A DNA stretch of 33,880 nt from NCBI GenBank assembly GCA_005239795.1, contig SBBH01000148.1, positions 1-33,880 of the forward strand, in the 5' to 3' direction. Positions 28,132 to 33,880 of the stretch are shown here, piece by piece; the first letter of the stretch is position 1; the number at the start of each line of letters is the position of its first letter. The notes under the pieces were generated by a model. The model had not been told where the DNA came from, did not search any database, and saw only the letters and a list, made by a program, of their open reading frames with translations. A program made the translations under genes and the position numbers. This DNA comes from Planctomycetales bacterium. Its GTDB lineage: Bacteria; Planctomycetota; SBBH01.

Positions 28132-29601
28132 ATGTGTGGGATCGTCGGGCTCTTTGGGTCCGGGAATGTCGTCGGTGAGATCTACGATGGCCTGATCGCA
28201 ATCCAGCACCGCGGCCAGGATGCCGCCGGGATCGCCACCTTCGACAGCCAGTTCCATCTTCACAAGGCGGAAGGGCTTGTCCAGGAAGTCTTTATGCCGC
28301 AGGTCGTGGCGGGCCTGACCGGCCCCCTGGGGATCGGCCATGTGCGCTACCCGACGGTGGGGTGCGGCGGGGTGCAGGACGCCCAGCCGTTCCTGATCCC
28401 CTCGCCGTTTGGGATCGCGATGGTCCACAACGGGAACGTCACAAACTACCACGACTTGAAGCGTGAGCTCGTCTCGAAGGATTTCTGCCACATCGATTCG
28501 AACTGCGATGTCGAGGCGCTCCTGCATGTCTTTGGCCTCGAGCTCTTGAAGCGTGGCCAGCGGCTTTTGACGCCCGAGGACGTCTTTGCGGCCGTGAAGG
28601 GGGTCTTCGCCCGAGCCAAGGGGTCTTATTCTGTGGTCGGGATGATCGCCGGTCAGGGGCTTTTCGCCTTCCGCGACCCGTATGGGATCAAGCCCTTGAT
28701 CATCGGGGAGCGCGACCTCGGGAACGGCCAGAAGGCGTACTGCGTCACCTCCGAGAGCGTGGCGCTCGACCTTTTGGACTACCACCAGGGCCGCAACCTC
28801 AAGGCGGGGGAGGCGATTTTTATCGACAACCAGCGGCGCGTTCATTCGGCCCAGGTCGTCCCTGGGGACCACCACCCCTGCATCTTCGAATGGGTCTATT
28901 TTGCGCGCCCCGACTCGTTTCTGGACAAGGCGTCTGTTTACAAAAGCCGTCTTCGGATGGGGGAGGAGCTCGCCGAGATCTGGAAAAAGACCGGCCGCCA
29001 TGCCGATGTCGTCATCCCGGTGCCGGAGTCGTCGCGGCCCGCCGCGACGGCGATGGCGCGGGCCCTGGGGCTTCCCTACCGCGAGGGGCTCGTCAAGAAC
29101 CGCTACATCGGACGGACCTTCATCATGCCGGACCAGGCCGCCCGCCAGCGCTCGATCCGCTACAAGCTGAACCCGATCCAGGTGGAGTTCGAGGGGAAGG
29201 ATGTGCTTCTCGTGGACGATTCGATCGTGCGGGGGAACACCGCGAAGGCCCTGGTGAAGCTCGCCCGGACGGCGGGTGCCAGGACGGTGCACCTGGCCTC
29301 CTACTCCCCCCCCATCAAATATCCGTGCCTCTACGGGATCGACATGTCGACGCGCAACGAGTTCATCGCGCGGGACAAGAGCCCCGAGGAGATCGCCTGG
29401 ATCATCGGGGCGGACTCGGTTATCTACCAGACGATGGAGGGGATGATCCACTCCGTCCAGCAGGGGAATCCCGAGCTCCGGCAGTTCTGCAACGCCTGCT
29501 TCTCGGGGAATTACCCCACCAACGACATCACGCCCGAGATTCTCGCCGAGTGGGAAAAGGACCGCACCCACCCTGTCGCTGAAGAGTCCCCGAGCCAGTA
29601 G
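28132..29601 (+). CDS. purF: Amidophosphoribosyltransferase
   Basis: MCGIVG, QHRGQD, GHVRYPT, HNGN, CIFEWVYFARPDS, VDDSIVRGNT. Confidence 0.98.
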   Translation: MCGIVGLFGSGNVVGEIYDGLIAIQHRGQDAAGIATFDSQFHLHKAEGLVQEVFMPQVVAGLTGPLGIGHVRYPTVGCGGVQDAQPFLIPSPFGIAMVHNGNVTNYHDLKRELVSKDFCHIDSNCDVEALLHVFGLELLKRGQRLLTPEDVFAAVKGVFARAKGSYSVVGMIAGQGLFAFRDPYGIKPLIIGERDLGNGQKAYCVTSESVALDLLDYHQGRNLKAGEAIFIDNQRRVHSAQVVPGDHHPCIFEWVYFARPDSFLDKASVYKSRLRMGEELAEIWKKTGRHADVVIPVPESSRPAATAMARALGLPYREGLVKNRYIGRTFIMPDQAARQRSIRYKLNPIQVEFEGKDVLLVDDSIVRGNTAKALVKLARTAGARTVHLASYSPPIKYPCLYGIDMSTRNEFIARDKSPEEIAWIIGADSVIYQTMEGMIHSVQQGNPELRQFCNACFSGNYPTNDITPEILAEWEKDRTHPVAEESPSQ

Positions 29602-29623
29602 TCTTTTCGCAAATGAGATTTTT

Positions 29624-32320
29624 CTGAAGAACCTGTTCTTAGCAATCTTCGGCATTCTGCTCGCGGCTGGGGCCGCCTCGGCCGCCCCTCGCCCGGGGGG
29701 GCACCCTCGCCTCGAGCCGAAGGACCCTGTGGAGGCCGCCGCCTTTTTCGAGGGGCAAAAGGAGGCGCTGATCGAGCAGGCGCGCCGCGCCGCCGACCGG
29801 CAGGAAAACCGGCCCGCGCCCGAAGAGCTCGAGCGCCTGGCCAAGGACCGGTCCAAACTAGAGCGGGAAGAGAAACGCAGGCGCATTGCAGAAGAGACCC
29901 GCGAGAAAGATCGCCTCTGCCGGGAGATGGGGGTCGCCGGCATCGAGACGATCGTCGACACGGGGGATTCCGCCAAGCGTCTCGACGTCGTCATCCTGGG
30001 GGACGGCTGGGCCGAGAAGGATCTCGACGAATACCGCCGGCTGTGCAAGAATCTGGCCCAGCAGTTTGCGGAGCGTGTCTCGCCCTTCAACCTGTACGCG
30101 CACTACCTCAATTTTCATCGCGTCGACGTCATCGGGAAGGAATCGGGGATCCCGAGCGAGAAACCCGAGCGGACGGTTTTCGGAACGGAGTTGGACCGGA
30201 AGGGAATTCTGACTTCGTCCGGAAGCGCCGCCCTTCCCTATGCCCAACTGGCGCGGGACGCCGATCTCACGGTGGTGATGGCCAACACCGCGACCGGGCG
30301 TTCCACGGGGGGCGGGGGGCACATCACGCTGGTGAAAACCGGCGTGGATGGCACGGTGATCCACGAAATGGGGCATGCTTTGGCAAACTTGGCCGACGAG
30401 TACTCGGAGGAGGCAGTCGAAAAGCGTCGGTCCGCGGTGAGGGCCGAAGAGTACGTGAACACGACTCTGGAATCGGATCCCTTGCGCGTGAAGTGGCACT
30501 ACTGGAACATCCCGGAGGAGATCTTCCGCGGTCGCAAAGCCCCCAAGGAGGGGCCGGTGCCGGAGAAGCGCGTGGGGACGTTCGAAGGAGGGTACTACCA
30601 CGTCAAAGGGGTCTGGCGGCCCAAGGCGAATTGCCGGATGAGGGATTCCGATGTCTCTTCCTTCTGCGAGGTCTGCGCGGAGGAAATGGAGAAGCGCTTT
30701 TACCGGTTCGTCTCGCCAATCGATGAGGCGTTTCCAAAAACCTTCCGCCGCATAGTCTTCTCCGACGGACAGCTTGAGTTTTCGATCCGGGCCGTGCACC
30801 TCGCGGCGGAGGCTCTCGAACGGCTCAAGGGGAAGGGGCCTCCCGATGTCTGGGAACTGGGGTGGTACGTGGACGGCCAGCGTGTCGCGGAAGGGAAGGT
30901 CGGCCGGAAGGGGGAAGCCGATTTCACGCTCGCCGGCAAGAGTCTGACACCCGGGCGCCATACCGTCTCCTGCCAGATGAACTACCTGACGGCGCGCATG
31001 CGCCGCGACGCCGGGCTCCTGACGGGAGGCGCCACCTGGGAAGTGAAGGTTTTGCCATTTGCCCGGCCAGAATTCAAGATTCCCGCGAAGCGCTTCAGTA
31101 CGACGGCAGGTTCGCCCCTGGCGTTCCCCGTCGCCTGCCAGACAGAGGCCCCTTCGGGAGCAGTTGTTTTTGAGCCTCTAGACCTTCCGGAGGGGGCTGC
31201 GTTTGCGGATGGCATGTTCACCTGGACGCCGCGGCCGGACCAGCGCGGCGCCTATGAGATCGCTTTCGCGCTTCTCGAGCCGGCGCCCTCCGACACCCTG
31301 TCGGGGGAGGGCTTGGTAAAATCCCTCCGGGAGGAGGTGGGTTCGATGCGGCGGATGGGCCCGGCGGAGGTCTGGCGCCATTACGGGCGCACAGGCGGCC
31401 GCGCCCTCCTTCACGAGGAATCGGTGCGGATCGACGTGAAAGGCGGGCGCGGGTCATCCAATGCCGGACCGAAGATGGCTTTCGGAGCCGTCCCGGCCGG
31501 CGGCGCCGAAGGGGAGCCGATCCGCTTCACCGCCTGGGCGTTCGACCCCGACGGGGATCACCTGCTGTATGACGCGAAGAATCTTCCGGAAGGTGCCAGG
31601 CTTGATGCCAACACGGGGCGCTTCGAGTGGATTCCCACGCTGTCTCAGGCGGGCCTCCACAAGGAACTTGAGATCCGCGTCACCGACGGCGTTTCATCAG
31701 ATCGTGTCGTTTTCGACTTGGAGGTGGCCGATGCTCCTCTGGATCGGCAGTATCGGCAGACCCGGTCGCTGGCAGATCTCTTTCAGGATGAGGCTGACAT
31801 CGTTGTGGGACTGCGCCATGACGATGAGAATCTGCGCCTTGCCAGTTTGGATCTTCTGGGGGAATACCCGGTGGAGATGCAGATCCGCGAGGCGGGGCGG
31901 ATGTTGAGGGACGACGCGCCCGAGGTGCGCCAGGCGGCGCTGGCTCTTCTGAAGTCCCTTTTGGCATTGGACGAAGGCGTTCCCGCGCCGGGCCCGGGGC
32001 GAGCAGGGTACGAGGTGGGTGAGGGAACGGAAGAGGGCGCGGACGCGGCCGAGGGAGATTCCGAGGAGCCAGCCACGACGCGCGCGGTTCGATTCGGCGC
32101 GCTTTTCCAGGCCCTCACGACGCGGGAGGGGACCCATACCTGGACGTTCGTCGACGATCCGGAGGTTTTGGCGTGGCTTGAAGAGGTCTCGGCCGCCGTG
32201 CGTGGCCTCAAGGATCTGCGCGCAAGCGAACGCAAAGCCGCCCGCCGGATCGAGAAGGACTTAAAATCGATCGGTGCGTACAACCGGAACCGGACGGGGA
32301 AGAAGGACGGGGCTCGATAA
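29624..32320 (+). CDS. Secreted M64-family (IgA peptidase-like) metallopeptidase with Ig-like (He_PIG-type) repeats and C-terminal HEAT-like region
   Basis: LDVVILGDGW, HEMGHALANLADEY, FEGGYY..GVWRP..CRM..FCEVC; two 'LPEGA..G.F.W.P...Q.G' repeats. An in-frame signal peptide lies upstream of GTG 29729, so the true start is uncertain. Confidence 0.85.
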   Translation: MKNLFLAIFGILLAAGAASAAPRPGGHPRLEPKDPVEAAAFFEGQKEALIEQARRAADRQENRPAPEELERLAKDRSKLEREEKRRRIAEETREKDRLCREMGVAGIETIVDTGDSAKRLDVVILGDGWAEKDLDEYRRLCKNLAQQFAERVSPFNLYAHYLNFHRVDVIGKESGIPSEKPERTVFGTELDRKGILTSSGSAALPYAQLARDADLTVVMANTATGRSTGGGGHITLVKTGVDGTVIHEMGHALANLADEYSEEAVEKRRSAVRAEEYVNTTLESDPLRVKWHYWNIPEEIFRGRKAPKEGPVPEKRVGTFEGGYYHVKGVWRPKANCRMRDSDVSSFCEVCAEEMEKRFYRFVSPIDEAFPKTFRRIVFSDGQLEFSIRAVHLAAEALERLKGKGPPDVWELGWYVDGQRVAEGKVGRKGEADFTLAGKSLTPGRHTVSCQMNYLTARMRRDAGLLTGGATWEVKVLPFARPEFKIPAKRFSTTAGSPLAFPVACQTEAPSGAVVFEPLDLPEGAAFADGMFTWTPRPDQRGAYEIAFALLEPAPSDTLSGEGLVKSLREEVGSMRRMGPAEVWRHYGRTGGRALLHEESVRIDVKGGRGSSNAGPKMAFGAVPAGGAEGEPIRFTAWAFDPDGDHLLYDAKNLPEGARLDANTGRFEWIPTLSQAGLHKELEIRVTDGVSSDRVVFDLEVADAPLDRQYRQTRSLADLFQDEADIVVGLRHDDENLRLASLDLLGEYPVEMQIREAGRMLRDDAPEVRQAALALLKSLLALDEGVPAPGPGRAGYEVGEGTEEGADAAEGDSEEPATTRAVRFGALFQALTTREGTHTWTFVDDPEVLAWLEEVSAAVRGLKDLRASERKAARRIEKDLKSIGAYNRNRTGKKDGAR

Positions 32321-32350
32321 CGGCGGGGATGCGAGAGGTTTGGTGATTCC

Positions 32351-32386
32351 TTGACAAGTTGACCAATGATGGTCATCATATGGTCA
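32351..32386 (+). promoter_or_regulatory. TA operon promoter with autoregulatory palindrome
   Basis: TTGACA 32351-32356, 17 nt, CATCAT 32374-32379; TGACCA-N4-TGGTCA at 32360-32375 and an extra TGGTCA at 32381. Confidence 0.65.
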
Positions 32387-32670
32387 TGAATAAAAGGAAG
32401 GGACAAAGAGCCGGCGTCCGGATCGCCCAATTCAAGGCGCATATGGGGCGCTACCTCAAGGAGGTCCGCAAGGGATATTCCATCACCCTCCTGGACCGGG
32501 ATCATCCGATCGCCGAGATTGTTCCTCACACGGAAGTCAAGGGGTATCGGTTGACCGTCCGTCCGGCGACGCGGAAGTGGGGGTCCATCGTCCTCCCTCC
32601 CCCCTTGCCGCCCGGCTCGCCCGACAGTCTCACCATTCTTTTGGAAGACCGGAACCGGGATCGGTTTTGA
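32386..32670 (+). CDS. Phd/YefM-family antitoxin
   Basis: VRIAQFKAHMGRYLKEVRKGYSITLLDRDHPIAEIVP; overlaps the downstream PIN gene. Confidence 0.85.
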   Translation: MNKRKGQRAGVRIAQFKAHMGRYLKEVRKGYSITLLDRDHPIAEIVPHTEVKGYRLTVRPATRKWGSIVLPPPLPPGSPDSLTILLEDRNRDRF

Positions 32671-33083
32671 AGGTCTACGCCGATGCGTCAGTGATTCTTC
32701 GGGTGATTCTGGGGGAACGCGGTCCTGTTTCGGAGTGGCGTGATTTCGAGAAAGTCGTCGCCAGCGACCTGTCCGAAGTTGAAAGCTTTCGAGCGCTTGA
32801 TCGCATGCGCCATGTCGGACGGATCCCGATGGGGAGCTTTGAGATTTTTCGTGAAAAAATGGTGGAGATATTCACGGATGTCCAATTGGTGGCGCTCGAC
32901 CGCGCGGTTTTGAGGCGGGCTTCCGAACCGTTCCCAACCCCGCTGGGCACGCTGGACGCCATCCATCTTGCCACGGCTCTGTATTGGCGCGACCTAAAAG
33001 GGGAGGACCTCACGTTCGCCACACATGATCGTCAGCTTGCCCAAGCGGCCCGCATGATGGGTTTCGCGGTCGTTGGAGTCTGA
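32667..33083 (+). CDS. vapC: VapC-type PIN domain toxin
   Basis: VYADAS, EVE, TLDAIHLATA, FATHDRQL; TTG 32667 overlaps the antitoxin stop. Confidence 0.9.
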   Translation: MKVYADASVILRVILGERGPVSEWRDFEKVVASDLSEVESFRALDRMRHVGRIPMGSFEIFREKMVEIFTDVQLVALDRAVLRRASEPFPTPLGTLDAIHLATALYWRDLKGEDLTFATHDRQLAQAARMMGFAVVGV

Positions 33084-33094
33084 TCCAGCCCTTC

Positions 33095-33141
33095 AAAAAA
33101 ATCCTCCCTTCCCCCGCGCGGGGGGAAGGGGGGGGCGGATT
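33095..33141. terminator. GC-rich hairpin between convergent genes
   Basis: CCCTTCCCCC 33106-33115 pairs with GGGGGAAGGG 33121-33130; A-run at 33095-33101 gives a U-tract on the minus strand. Confidence 0.6.
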
Positions 33142-33154
33142 CACCTCGCTTGAC

Positions 33155-33778
33155 CTACTGTGACTTGCCCTTGCTCCGGACGTACTGGATCTCCATCATT
33201 CGCATCTCTTTCCCCTCCGGGCCGGCGCAAAAGAATTCGAAGGTGAAATGGTCCTTATCGACCAGGCGCGTCGTTGAGCGGTAGGCGCATTTCTTTCCCA
33301 CCATTGGACAGCTGAACGTCCCTTTGTCATTGATCGTCTTCGTGGCGGCGTCGTACGTCCCGGTCCCCATCATCATCGCTGTCGACATCGAGTCGGTCCA
33401 GATTCCTTGGTATTCCTGCGTCACGTTGTCGAAGCCGATGATCCCCAGCCCTTCGAACGGCTGATTCATCGCCATCCCGGTCACCTTGTGTTCCAAAAAG
33501 CGCCCGCCCAGGATCCAGCGGATCTCGCTCGTCCCCTTGGAGATGTCCGGCTGACCGTTTGGCTCCATCCACATCTTCACCGTGTGGCTCCAGCTTCCGA
33601 CCATCCCCTCCAGGACCTTGTGCCCGGCGCCGGGCTTCCCGGCCTCCATGCACTTTTGCATCATCGCTTCCTGCTCGGGCGTCATCTTTTTGTCCGACTT
33701 GCCCATCTCCGCCGCGATCGCGAGCCCGACACACGCCGCCAGGCCCACAAGACCCATCGCCATCTTCGAGATTTTCAT
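33155..33778 (-). CDS. DUF1579-family exported protein
   Basis: SD AGGGAGG before ATG 33778; signal peptide; PGAGHKVL..MVGSW, ILGGRFL, FEGLGIIGFDN, WTDSMST. Confidence 0.85.
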   Translation of the reverse strand: MKISKMAMGLVGLAACVGLAIAAEMGKSDKKMTPEQEAMMQKCMEAGKPGAGHKVLEGMVGSWSHTVKMWMEPNGQPDISKGTSEIRWILGGRFLEHKVTGMAMNQPFEGLGIIGFDNVTQEYQGIWTDSMSTAMMMGTGTYDAATKTINDKGTFSCPMVGKKCAYRSTTRLVDKDHFTFEFFCAGPEGKEMRMMEIQYVRSKGKSQ

Positions 33779-33880
33779 CGGAACCTCCCTGCGATCTATT
33801 CGTAGAACCCAGAAGTAGCGTAAACGCTTCACAAGCTCGTGTAAAGGCGCGACCCCTGTTGGCAGGCTCATTCTCAAGGG

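Noticed and set aside
29599-29634. Weak resemblance to MITE B-ends after purF
   Set aside because: Too many mismatches, and it overlaps the peptidase signal-peptide coding region.

Overview
GC-rich bacterial chromosomal window. A Planctomycetota/PVC-like origin is inferred only from the 'MGMYDRDY' rhomboid and the secreted vWA protein type. Contents in order: partial TIGR01777-type NAD(P)-dependent oxidoreductase, rhomboid protease, PLD/HKD protein, secreted vWA protein, heme-oxygenase-like diiron (HDO) protein plus ferrochelatase, cupin lipoprotein plus HIT hydrolase, a four-gene histidine kinase/c-di-GMP cassette, DUF1289 protein divergent from a Cys-tailed MerR regulator heading sufBCD-U-T (no sufS), peroxiredoxin, KimA-like APC transporter, HEAT protein, fatty-acid desaturase, tRNA-Gln(TTG), queF-wzm-wzt, purF, a large secreted M64 peptidase, a vapBC-type TA pair and a DUF1579 protein. 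Three observations stand out. (1) A family of TA-flanked MITE-like elements is built from two end types; a 203-bp composite copy sits in the first codons of hemH, and its precise removal restores the ferrochelatase N-terminus and fuses it in frame to the upstream HDO gene. (2) A MerR regulator with a CxxC-x8-CxxC tail and an adjacent palindrome occupies the position of the suf operon regulator. (3) Many genes have a -10 box 6-9 nt before the start codon, suggesting leaderless transcripts. All family calls come from motif recognition by eye; no searches were run.
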